IMG/VR virus record: IMGVR_UViG_3300020294_000011 | Coordinates: 1-38,466 of that record | DNA from: a virus | Taxonomy: Duplodnaviria; Caudoviricetes | DNA length: 38,466 bases | Strand: one strand, 5' to 3' | Part shown: one piece after another, positions 1 to 8,138 of the stretch | How the letters are laid out: every line of letters starts with the position of its first letter | Numbering within the stretch: position 1 is the stretch's first letter | Notes under the pieces: generated by a model | The model's database searches: none | Seen by the model: only the letters and a program-made list of their open reading frames with translations | Told to the model about the DNA's origin: nothing | Program-made: the position numbers and the translations under genes

Positions 1-243
1 GTTCATTTCACAGTGACTGATACTGTAGATGGAGTGACTAAGACTAGGACAGACTTCCAACACATTGACCCTGCTTCAGATAGTAGCTCGTTTACTAAAA
101 TGGAAGACGTTTCTGAAGAACAGCTAATCACTTGGATTAAAGCTACAATGGGAACTGATAAAGTCGCTTATCACGAAAAGAAAGTTGACGATGCTATTGC
201 AGCAGAGAAAACACCACCCAGAGGTGAAAAAGCATTTAGCTAG
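1..243 (+). CDS. 5'-truncated small phage tail-fibre-associated protein (DUF7936-like)
   Basis: Frame is open from base 1 (VHFTVTDTVDG). The F..ED.SEEQLITWIK...G pattern is typical of small proteins beside marine phage fibre genes. Confidence 0.55.
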   Translation, partial: VHFTVTDTVDGVTKTRTDFQHIDPASDSSSFTKMEDVSEEQLITWIKATMGTDKVAYHEKKVDDAIAAEKTPPRGEKAFS

Positions 244-257
244 AGAGGCATTTAAAA

Positions 258-3200
258 ATGACAAAAGCAAAAGACAGAGCTAACAGAAGTGGATCTGACC
301 CAATAATTGTGGGCAATACCAGATTAGAAACAGACAGTAATAATGATCTGGTTGTGAAGGATACATCCGATAACGCCAAAAAAGTTATTGCGTCTGAAGT
401 TCATGTAGGTACTGGCTCTGATAAAGTCATTTTAAAAAGAAGTTCTACAGACGGCAAGCTTCAGCTTCAAACCACAGATGGCTCTTCTACCTCAAACTCT
501 GAAGTATCTGGAGAAAGTGGTGGCTCTGGTGGAGTAACTGTTCAAGAGGAAGGTTCTACTTTATCTACCACTGCAACAGCCTTAAACTTTGTGGGCAGTA
601 CAGTGACAGCTTCAGGTACTGGCGCAACAAAAACTATTACAATTTCCGCAGGTAGTGGTGGCACAACTACTGTCTATGCTAACATTGCAGCAATGGTAGC
701 TACTTCTCCTAGTGCAGGGGATCAAGCTTTAGTCACAGCTAATAGTGGTCTTTACATTTTCAATGGAAGTGGGTGGTATAAAATTGCTACTGTGAACACT
801 TCTCCCACATTGGTTAGCCCAGCTTCAGGAACAGATGTTACGTTGAGTTCAGAAGGTACTGCTACAACTATAGAACTTGTAGGTGCAGACGCAGATGAAG
901 GTACTACCTTACAGTATTCATACGCTGTAACTTCTGGAAGTCTTACAAACGGAGGCGGCACAACAGCAACCATAACAAGTAGCGCTACGTCTGGTGGAAC
1001 TTACTCTGCTTTAGCTCCTAGTACAAATACAACTAATAGATTTATTAAAGTAACGCCTAGCTCAAATTCAGACTATGCAGGTAATTTCTCACTTATTTTT
1101 TCAATATCTGATGGCACAAATGCCGCAACAACTTTACAAAATTTTGGGTTAGCATTTGAAGTTTCAGGATCACTTTACTTTGATGGAACTGGTGATTACG
1201 TAGAAATAGCAGACAGCGATGATTGGCATTTTGGTACTGGCGATTTTACATTAGAAGCATGGATTTGGCCTAACTCTTTTGCTAATGGTTATAATGGTAT
1301 TATAGCTCAATGGCCCCAGAGTGGTGGTAATGCAAATAATTCTTTTGTTTTAGAAACAGTTGGTACTGAATTAGATTTTTATACTGTGCATGGTGGAACT
1401 ACAGTAACTAATCATACAGGATCAAAGACTTTAGATTTATATAAATGGCATCATGTTGTTGTGCAAAGATCGAGTGGTACTATAAAATCATATATAAATG
1501 GCATTGAAGACTTTTCCGTTAGTAATAATAACAATTTTAATAATCCCTCTTCACCTCTAACAGTTGGTGGAGGAGTCGTTGGTACTGGTGGAAGTTGGAA
1601 TGGTTATATTTCAAATGCAAGAATTGTAAAAGGCACTGCTGTTTATACACCAACTTCTCCAAATGCAGGTTCTTCAGCATCTGCTTCTTATGGAATGTTG
1701 CAAACCCCTGCTTCTTTACCAAGTTGGGGAACTACTTGGACAATAGAAACATGGATATACATTACTAATAGTGCCTCATATAATACATTTTTTCATGGCT
1801 TTGGTGGTACATACAATTATATTGCTAGAGTAGGTAATTCAATAGAAGTTAATGGTCTAGGTGGTTATACAACCAGTGGTGGTGGAGCTTCAGTAACATG
1901 GAATTTAAATCAATGGTATCATGTTGCTGTATCTTGTAGTAGTACTTCTGCGAAAGTTTTTGTAGATGGCGTTCAAGTTTCCAGTGGTACTGCTGCTTCA
2001 GCCCCTCACAGTGGTGGGTCTGGAACACTTAGTATGATGGCACAAGGCGGTAATACTTGGCCTACACTTGGTTATATGTCTGACACAAGACTTGTAATTG
2101 GTACATCTGTTTATAGTGGTGCTTTTACTCCACCTTCTGGCCCACTAACTAAAACTGGTGGAACTTATCCTTCTACTACAAATGTTAATACATCATTTCC
2201 TGCTGCTCATACTTACTTATTAACAAACAGAACAACTTCTGGAACAACAATAGCAGATGATAGTGATCAAAATTATACTATGGTAACAAGTGGTTCTCTT
2301 ACTGGCAGTACAACAAAACCCTATTCAGATTATTTTACTGTTCCAACTTCACCTCTATCCCCAGTAACTAACACAAAACTTTTAGTGGCTAAAAATCCTA
2401 CACCTACTGCTGTAACAAATGGATCTTATTTATTTAATGCAAATGCTGAAAATTTATTAATAGCAGATCATGCTGATTTTGCATTTGGATCTGGAGATTG
2501 GACTATAGATTTTTGGTTTAAATTTTTAGCAGCACCCGGCAGCAACAACTGGTTTTGTAATGTAGGTGTAGATAATTCTGATTCTATTCAAATCTATTAT
2601 CTACAAAGTAGTAATTCATTATCATTTTGGGATGTAGGAGGAGTAGGCTCTGGTGGTATGGTTTTAACTAATTTTGGGTCAGAAGTTGGTCAATGGCATC
2701 ACGTAAGATTTTGTAGACACGGAAATAACCATTACATATTTCTTAATGGTAATTGTACAAATTCTTCTGGTAGTATAATTACGACAGGCCAAAGTTGGAC
2801 AAGAAGTTATACTCATGCACCTGCAACAAATAAGCTTCGTATTGCTGGATATGGTAGTGGTAATTATGGATGGGATAATGGAATGCTTATGAGTGATTTT
2901 AGAATTGTTAAAGGTACAGCGGTAAGTCAATCTGCTGCTAAATTTAATTTACCAACAACACCATCAACAGCCGTAAGTGGTACAGTATTATTAACGGCTC
3001 AAAACAGCACTGGTAATCCTACAGTTGACAATAGTGGCACTAATAAAACTATTACTATCGGTCAAGGAAGTCCAACAGTAGACACAAGAAAAGTTGAACT
3101 TGCAACTATTGACGAGAGTTCTACAGCTTATGGGTTAACTTTTAATGGAAATACAGCATTTAATTTAGCAACGCCTTTTGAGAATGCAGGTGGTGGATCA

Positions 3201-3878
3201 GTTTATTTTTCAGGTAATAGTAATAACGTATTAAAAACTGGATCAAACGCTGATTTCACTTTAGGCACAGGAGATTTTACTATTGAGGGTTGGGTTTATC
3301 TTCTTTCAGGCTCTGATAATAATGGGTTTTGGCAAGTCGGTGGAAATAATGCAAATGGATTTGGAACAAATTACACTAGTTCTGTGAGCCTTGTGATGGC
3401 TGGCGCAACCACATTAAAGCTTTATGGAGCAGGTGGTGAATATCAACTTGGCGTTGCTAATGCAGCGGTAGCCAATACTTGGGTACACTATGCTATGACA
3501 AAAACTTCAAGCACAATTAAAATTTATAAAGATGGTACTCAAATATATACAAGAAGCGATAATACAAACTACAGTGGGAGCTATTTAGGACTAGGTGCCG
3601 CTTATGGGCCTGGACAAACCCCTAATATTTATATTAGCAACTTCAGATTAGTCAAAGGTACGGCTGTGTACAGTGGTAATTTTACTGCACCTACAGGCAA
3701 TCTGACGCCAACTGGTGGTACGTATTCTAGTACGACAAATGTCAACACCTCTATTCCTAGTGGTCATTGTTCAATTCTTACAGCAATGACAAGTAATTCA
3801 TTTGCTGATCTTTCTGGAAATAATCATACAATAACTGGAGTAGGCGATCCAATCCCTACTAAGTTTATGCCATATTAA
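258..3878 (+). CDS. Tail fibre / receptor-binding protein with four LamG (concanavalin A-like) domains
   Basis: 1206 aa, G/S/T-rich. Repeated S.YF.G..., FGTGDFT.E.W, W.H....., YISN.RIVKGTAVY motifs. RBS AGAGG upstream. Confidence 0.85.
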   Translation: MTKAKDRANRSGSDPIIVGNTRLETDSNNDLVVKDTSDNAKKVIASEVHVGTGSDKVILKRSSTDGKLQLQTTDGSSTSNSEVSGESGGSGGVTVQEEGSTLSTTATALNFVGSTVTASGTGATKTITISAGSGGTTTVYANIAAMVATSPSAGDQALVTANSGLYIFNGSGWYKIATVNTSPTLVSPASGTDVTLSSEGTATTIELVGADADEGTTLQYSYAVTSGSLTNGGGTTATITSSATSGGTYSALAPSTNTTNRFIKVTPSSNSDYAGNFSLIFSISDGTNAATTLQNFGLAFEVSGSLYFDGTGDYVEIADSDDWHFGTGDFTLEAWIWPNSFANGYNGIIAQWPQSGGNANNSFVLETVGTELDFYTVHGGTTVTNHTGSKTLDLYKWHHVVVQRSSGTIKSYINGIEDFSVSNNNNFNNPSSPLTVGGGVVGTGGSWNGYISNARIVKGTAVYTPTSPNAGSSASASYGMLQTPASLPSWGTTWTIETWIYITNSASYNTFFHGFGGTYNYIARVGNSIEVNGLGGYTTSGGGASVTWNLNQWYHVAVSCSSTSAKVFVDGVQVSSGTAASAPHSGGSGTLSMMAQGGNTWPTLGYMSDTRLVIGTSVYSGAFTPPSGPLTKTGGTYPSTTNVNTSFPAAHTYLLTNRTTSGTTIADDSDQNYTMVTSGSLTGSTTKPYSDYFTVPTSPLSPVTNTKLLVAKNPTPTAVTNGSYLFNANAENLLIADHADFAFGSGDWTIDFWFKFLAAPGSNNWFCNVGVDNSDSIQIYYLQSSNSLSFWDVGGVGSGGMVLTNFGSEVGQWHHVRFCRHGNNHYIFLNGNCTNSSGSIITTGQSWTRSYTHAPATNKLRIAGYGSGNYGWDNGMLMSDFRIVKGTAVSQSAAKFNLPTTPSTAVSGTVLLTAQNSTGNPTVDNSGTNKTITIGQGSPTVDTRKVELATIDESSTAYGLTFNGNTAFNLATPFENAGGGSVYFSGNSNNVLKTGSNADFTLGTGDFTIEGWVYLLSGSDNNGFWQVGGNNANGFGTNYTSSVSLVMAGATTLKLYGAGGEYQLGVANAAVANTWVHYAMTKTSSTIKIYKDGTQIYTRSDNTNYSGSYLGLGAAYGPGQTPNIYISNFRLVKGTAVYSGNFTAPTGNLTPTGGTYSSTTNVNTSIPSGHCSILTAMTSNSFADLSGNNHTITGVGDPIPTKFMPY

Positions 3879-3880
3879 TT

Positions 3881-4069
3881 ATGAAACATGATCTATATGG
3901 CGCTCTGGAAAGGATTGAGGATCTCGATAAAAGGATCATCGTCTTAGAGCATGAGTCTCGGTTACAATTTAAGGAACTCTTCATCCGTCTTAAACGCATA
4001 GAGGGACTACTTATAGGGGCTTGCTCTGCTATAATCATCCTATTAACAACAATGATGTGGAAAATATAA
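3881..4069 (+). CDS. Small coiled-coil protein with C-terminal TM helix (XhlA/holin-like)
   Basis: Heptad-like N-terminus followed by hydrophobic LLIGACSAIIILLTTMMW. Tight coupling to neighbours. Confidence 0.6.
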   Translation: MKHDLYGALERIEDLDKRIIVLEHESRLQFKELFIRLKRIEGLLIGACSAIIILLTTMMWKI

Positions 4070-4197
4070 TGGGAAAACAACCAACGCTAAAGCCCTACAT
4101 GGGCAGCATACCGCACAAGACATCGTCTGGCCCCAAAGGTCACGGGGCTGTCATGGCAGGTAAGCCAATTAAGAAGAAACCCTCTAAGAAAAAATGA
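4069..4197 (+). CDS. 42-aa basic peptide MGKQPTLKPYMGSIPHKTSSGPKGHGAVMAGKPIKKKPSKKK (not in ORF track)
   Basis: Start overlaps the upstream stop (TAATG) and stop overlaps the downstream start (ATGA), filling the gap exactly. Confidence 0.65.
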   Translation: MGKQPTLKPYMGSIPHKTSSGPKGHGAVMAGKPIKKKPSKKK

Positions 4198-4463
4198 ACC
4201 CCAAAGGATCGCTGAATGCGATAGATGCCCTTGAAAAGAGTAAAGGGTGGATAGTCATGCGTAAGGTAATGGAGGAGGAAATCGTTTCTTCTGCTATGGC
4301 AATCGCAGAATCCCCAACGATGTCTTTGGATGAAATAAACTTTAGAAGAGGATCAATCTTCGCAGCTAAAGCTCTGCTCGATTTACCAGCAAAGCTTAGA
4401 TCAAAGTTCCATGCAGAAATAGCTCTAGGAAAGGACGACAGTAGTATAAGCGAAAGTACATAA
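4194..4463 (+). CDS. Small head-module protein preceding the scaffold
   Basis: 89 aa helical. The L..S.GW.......E....RG......L.LP pattern is typical of the gene between portal and scaffold in podoviruses. Confidence 0.6.
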   Translation: MNPKGSLNAIDALEKSKGWIVMRKVMEEEIVSSAMAIAESPTMSLDEINFRRGSIFAAKALLDLPAKLRSKFHAEIALGKDDSSISEST

Positions 4464-4464
4464 T
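4433..4464 (+). promoter_or_regulatory. Putative phage late promoter GGACGA-N20-CATAAT upstream of scaffold
   Basis: One of four gene-boundary copies of the motif (see findings). Confidence 0.55.
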
Positions 4465-4483
4465 GCCATTACATTTAATTAAA

Positions 4484-4501
4484 GCGACGCTACGGCCTCG
4501 C
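4484..4501 (+). promoter_or_regulatory. Leader RNA hairpin GCGA-C-GC[UACG]GC-C-UCGC directly before the scaffold RBS
   Basis: Stem with a C.C mismatch and a UNCG tetraloop. The same core recurs at 6467-6482. Confidence 0.55.
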
Positions 4502-4512
4502 AAGGAGATATA

Positions 4513-5541
4513 ATGGCTATAAACGATAAAGAAATAATAGACTCAATTTCACAGGCAAAGCTCGGTACGCCCAACAATAGACCTGTGGAAGCACCACCTT
4601 CCCCTGCCCCTGCCCCTGCCCCTGAAGCTAAAGAGGCAGACAGCAATCAGGACAAGGCGACTGCTAAAGGTAGCCCTCAGACAGAAGGCGACAAGATGCA
4701 GGCAGAGGCTGTAGTCTATGAAATAGATATGGGTGACGGCAATAAGCGTAAAATGACACCCAAGCAAATCTCTTCGACAATGCAGAGATATGCAAAACTA
4801 AACTACCAGAACGCAAATCTGAAACCAGTCAATGACTTGGTTGGTAAGATACTGAAAGCAAACCCAGGAATGCAACCCAAAGATGTTGCAGGCTCTATTG
4901 AAAACATTCTAAAGGCAAGCAAGAAAAACCCCGAAATGGGTAACACGAAAGGCGAAAAGTCTGGTGACGCCCCAAAGGAAGATATGCAGACAGCTATGAC
5001 CAAATGGTCTGAAGATAATGCAATCTCCCTCCCCCCTGGCTACGCTGAAATTATGCAAGGCAGTACAACTGGCATGAGCAACGTAGACTCAAGAATGGCA
5101 AGGTTAGAAGGTATGCTTCAGCAGGTATTATCACAGTCAGCAGGCAATGTTGATGCAGCGAAAGCTTCGATGGATAACGCCAACAACATGCAGATCGCAG
5201 CAATGCAAAAGCAAATTGCCAATAACGTAGACAGAGTTCAGCAACAACTTGGCTTGCCAGACGAAGCTGCACAAAACTTTACGGTCTTTATGGCAGAGCG
5301 TGGGTACACAATGGAGGATCTTATTGATCCAAACCTCACGATGAAGTTAATGCAAGACTACAAGAACAACCTTAACTCCCCAGAAATGGAGCGTCTAATG
5401 GATATAGCTAAGAAAAGATCAGCCTATACTGGCTCTCTTGGCTCTACTCCGTCTGCGACTGGGGCTGTAGCAGATACCCCTAAAGGAAATAGGTTTGACG
5501 AGTTTGCTAATGCTAAAATGGCCCAAAAAGGGTTAGCATAG
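4513..5541 (+). CDS. Capsid scaffolding protein
   Basis: 342 aa. Low-complexity N-terminus, YEIDMGDG..RKMT..Q....QRYAK core, coiled coil. Strong RBS AAGGAGA. Upstream of the MCP. Confidence 0.75.
   Translation: MAINDKEIIDSISQAKLGTPNNRPVEAPPSPAPAPAPEAKEADSNQDKATAKGSPQTEGDKMQAEAVVYEIDMGDGNKRKMTPKQISSTMQRYAKLNYQNANLKPVNDLVGKILKANPGMQPKDVAGSIENILKASKKNPEMGNTKGEKSGDAPKEDMQTAMTKWSEDNAISLPPGYAEIMQGSTTGMSNVDSRMARLEGMLQQVLSQSAGNVDAAKASMDNANNMQIAAMQKQIANNVDRVQQQLGLPDEAAQNFTVFMAERGYTMEDLIDPNLTMKLMQDYKNNLNSPEMERLMDIAKKRSAYTGSLGSTPSATGAVADTPKGNRFDEFANAKMAQKGLA
4601..4624 (+). repeat. (CCCCTG)x4 in-frame tandem repeat encoding a PAPAPAP linker
   Basis: Directly visible in the sequence. Confidence 0.85.
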
Positions 5542-5560
5542 TAAAGACGCCTCTCCCAAC

Positions 5561-5585
5561 TGCCCCCTTCGGGGGGCATCTTTTT
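5561..5585 (+). terminator. Intrinsic terminator after the scaffold gene
   Basis: TGCCCCC-TTCG-GGGGGCA stem-loop followed by TCTTTTT. Confidence 0.8.
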
Positions 5586-5595
5586 GGGGACTAAG

Positions 5596-6009
5596 ATGCT
5601 CGAAGCTGTTTTATATTTGGCTCTTAACATTTATCACGAAGCACGGAATGAACCCCTGCAAGGTCAGATTGCTGTTGCCGAGGTTACGCTGAACCGTGTT
5701 GAATCTTCATACTACCCAGACACAGTTAAGGGAGTTGTCTTACAGTCTGGCAAAACATCCTGTGCTTTTAGTTGGACTTGTGACGGGAAGTCAGACAAGC
5801 CCCATGAAAAAAAGGCATGGGAAAAATCTATTCAAATAGCCGAGACAATGTATGACGCATACATGGAAGAGGCCAGAGTTACCGTTGTCGGCAAAGACGC
5901 TCTCTTCTATCACGCCACCTATGTCAAACCATACTGGCTTTCAGACGTTTCAAGAATAAAAAAAGTAGGAAGACACATATTCTATGCCAAAAAGGGTAAG
6001 GGCATCTAG
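5596..6009 (+). CDS. SleB-like cell wall hydrolase (Hydrolase_2)
   Basis: LALNIYHEARNE...QIAVA.V.LNRV, CAFSW, FYHATYV.P.W, G.HIFY. The ATG at 5596 is preferred to the TTG at 5584. Confidence 0.9.
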   Translation: MLEAVLYLALNIYHEARNEPLQGQIAVAEVTLNRVESSYYPDTVKGVVLQSGKTSCAFSWTCDGKSDKPHEKKAWEKSIQIAETMYDAYMEEARVTVVGKDALFYHATYVKPYWLSDVSRIKKVGRHIFYAKKGKGI

Positions 6010-6436
6010 CACTGAAAGTCTTGAGATTGGTCAGATTGGTGAGGTGGTCTGTCTGCTGAAGCTGTTACGTCTTGGTATCCCCAGTAATTTTGCACACCTA
6101 GAAAAGACAGACATCCTTTCTATCCATAACAAAAGACCCGTAAGAATACAGGTCAAGTCAACAACATGGCGTTTGATTGATCGAAGAGGAAAAGGGAGAA
6201 AGGAGCGTTGGGGTTATCACTTCTCTGTATGTTCAGGAAGAACTCCTAAACAGCCCCTAACAAGGGATGACTGTGACATCGTTGCCCTTGTTGCTATTGA
6301 TATCGACAAAGTTCTATTTAAAAACGTAGAGCTTTTAGCAGGCAGAGTAACTAGGAAAATAGACCCTAAATCCTTTACTGAGAACTGCGAAAAAGAAAGC
6401 TGGAATGAATGTGTCAATAGGGACGAACACTTGTAA
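5984..6436 (+). CDS. PD-(D/E)XK endonuclease (PDDEXK_5, free-standing homing-endonuclease-like)
   Basis: GQIGE, D-IL, RIQVKS and CDIVALV motifs. Confidence 0.7.
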   Translation: MPKRVRASSTESLEIGQIGEVVCLLKLLRLGIPSNFAHLEKTDILSIHNKRPVRIQVKSTTWRLIDRRGKGRKERWGYHFSVCSGRTPKQPLTRDDCDIVALVAIDIDKVLFKNVELLAGRVTRKIDPKSFTENCEKESWNECVNRDEHL

Positions 6437-6451
6437 TAAATAGTGTACGTT
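6421..6451 (+). promoter_or_regulatory. Putative late promoter GGACGA-N19-TACGTT upstream of MCP
   Basis: Copy of the recurring motif at a gene end, about 115 nt before the MCP ATG. Confidence 0.55.
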
Positions 6452-6454
6452 TCA

Positions 6455-6520
6455 ATTAAGTCACAAGTACGCCACGGCCTACAGACTTAATGAGTAAGTG
6501 AAGGTAATCCCACAACGCTC
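6455..6520 (+). promoter_or_regulatory. Structured MCP 5' leader
   Basis: ATTAAGTC(6455-62)/GACTTAAT(6484-91) encloses GTA-C-GC[CACG]GC-C-TAC. A second imperfect hairpin spans 6492-6520. Confidence 0.5.
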
Positions 6521-6564
6521 GCCAAAAAATAAACCTTAACCTTTAAGCCAGAGGAGATTTTACT

Positions 6565-7755
6565 ATGGCAGCAATACAAGGGATGAGAGGTACTGGTGAG
6601 TTCGGTACAGATTTTCGTCCTAAAAATTATAGAGAGCTTTTTACTCTGTTAGAGCCTAATGGTAATGCACCCCTAAATGCTTTGTTATCTATGGGTTCGT
6701 CTGAGAGTACAGACGATCCTGAATACAAAAATTTTAGAGATGAATTGCCAGACCGAGTGATAACAGTTAATGGAGCGATCAACTCAACATCGACTGCATC
6801 TATTACTATTGATGCGTCAGACGACAACAAGTACGCTATTAGTGGTGCAATCATAATCAACCAGACAACTGGTGAGGTTATGCAAGCTACTGCTGATACA
6901 ACTGCAACAACCCTAGCCGTTACCAGAAACATAGGGGGTACTTCTCACCAAATTGCAGACGATGCAAAGCTATTCGTAAGTGGCTATGCAGCGGCTGAAG
7001 GTGGGACAAGCCCAACAGCCATCTCATTTGATGCGTCTGTAGTTTCCAACTACACTCAGATCTTCAGGACTGCGTTTCAAGTATCTAATACTTTAAGCTC
7101 AACCTACCTAAGAACTGGGGACAAGATGGATGAGAGCATGACTAAAGCTCTTAAGCTACACATGTCTGACATTGAGAGAGCTATGTTCTTCGGTTACAAG
7201 CATGAAGCAAATGGTTCAACATCAGCACCTACTCGCTACACTGGTGGGCTTATAAACTCCTTAACAAACGTCGTAGACATCACTACTTCCTATGCCTCTT
7301 ATGGTGGAGCTAGTGCTGGAAAGATGTCTGAAGAAGGATTTGACAGCCTATTGATGTCAACTGTTTTCAAATATGGAAGCAATCAGAAGATCGCTTTCGT
7401 AGGTGAGACAGTGGCTAACCAGCTACAGCAGATGGGTAAAGACAGATGGAAGCCAACTGTGGTTGAAGGATCTTATGGGGTTAACCTAATAAGATACACA
7501 ACCTTTGCAGGTGATCTAATGGTTCACCTACATCCACAGTTCCGTCAGTTGGATCACATGAAGAATGCTATGGTGATAATCGACTTCCCATACTTGAGCT
7601 ATCGCTACCTCGAAGGTCGTGACACTCAACTCTTGGAGAACCGACAGTCCCCAGACGCAGACTCAGTCAAGCACGAGTACCTAACCGAATGTGGTTTGGA
7701 ACTCTTGCAAGACAAGGTTCATGCTTACATCAAAGGCTGGAACTCCAGATCATAA
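6565..7755 (+). CDS. Major capsid protein (DUF5309 / SU10-like, HK97 fold)
   Basis: 396 aa. NYTQIFRTAFQVS.T, K.LK.H..DIERAMFFG, RYTGGL, Y.T.AG.L and E.GLE motifs. RBS GAGGAG. Confidence 0.88.
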   Translation: MAAIQGMRGTGEFGTDFRPKNYRELFTLLEPNGNAPLNALLSMGSSESTDDPEYKNFRDELPDRVITVNGAINSTSTASITIDASDDNKYAISGAIIINQTTGEVMQATADTTATTLAVTRNIGGTSHQIADDAKLFVSGYAAAEGGTSPTAISFDASVVSNYTQIFRTAFQVSNTLSSTYLRTGDKMDESMTKALKLHMSDIERAMFFGYKHEANGSTSAPTRYTGGLINSLTNVVDITTSYASYGGASAGKMSEEGFDSLLMSTVFKYGSNQKIAFVGETVANQLQQMGKDRWKPTVVEGSYGVNLIRYTTFAGDLMVHLHPQFRQLDHMKNAMVIIDFPYLSYRYLEGRDTQLLENRQSPDADSVKHEYLTECGLELLQDKVHAYIKGWNSRS

Positions 7756-7786
7756 GGACGACCAAGTCTTTAAAATGATCCATATT
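7756..7786 (+). promoter_or_regulatory. Putative late promoter GGACGA-N19-CATATT immediately after the MCP stop
   Basis: Motif copy whose -10 box abuts the terminator stem. Confidence 0.55.
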
Positions 7787-7816
7787 AAAGGGGAGCTTTA
7801 TGCTCCCCTTTATTTT
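7787..7816 (+). terminator. Intrinsic terminator after MCP
   Basis: AAAGGGGAGC-TTTAT-GCTCCCCTTT followed by ATTTT. Confidence 0.8.
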
Positions 7817-7829
7817 ATTAGGAGGAAAG

Positions 7830-8138
7830 ATGTTAAAGAGAAAAAGAGCAAGAACTGAAAAGGGCCACTACAAGAAGGACGACCCGTCAACACCAGATGT
7901 TAATGAAGCCTACGTCCAAGAAGAGCCTATGAAAGTTGTTAAACCTATTAAATCGAACTCTAAGACAGTCTGGTATGAGAGCAGGGAAAAGGAGCCTTCC
8001 ATGTTCCCAGTGGCAGATATTGCCGCTATCAGAAACTTTCAGACAGGCCGTCTTGAATACGAAGTAGACGCAGATGATGTTGAGAGATTTGAGAAGCATC
8101 ACTTTGTTATGAACGCAAGGATCGTCAGGAAAGCATAA
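7830..8138 (+). CDS. Capsid-associated small protein (RAR..KG....DDPSTP.VNEA motif)
   Basis: RBS AGGAGG at 7820-25 favours the ATG at 7830. Motif commonly seen in marine phage proteins next to capsid genes. Confidence 0.65.
   Translation: MLKRKRARTEKGHYKKDDPSTPDVNEAYVQEEPMKVVKPIKSNSKTVWYESREKEPSMFPVADIAAIRNFQTGRLEYEVDADDVERFEKHHFVMNARIVRKA

Noticed and set aside
2154-3751. DGR template/variable repeat pair in the fibre gene
   Set aside because: Differences are mostly synonymous rather than adenine-specific, and no reverse transcriptase is present in the window.
4601-4624. Phase-variable repeat
   Set aside because: The 6-bp unit preserves frame in a disordered linker.
7740-7775. Capsid read-through or frameshift extension
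   Set aside because: An in-frame TAA follows after five codons, and no clear slippery site is seen.
7877-7907. AAGGACGAC inside the post-MCP gene (also GGACGA at 9022, 22231, 30461, 36263)
   Set aside because: No YANNNT at 19-20 nt spacing, and most are explained by coding (e.g. KDD). A copy at 14552 does fit (CAGTAT) but is far from any downstream start, so it is treated as chance.
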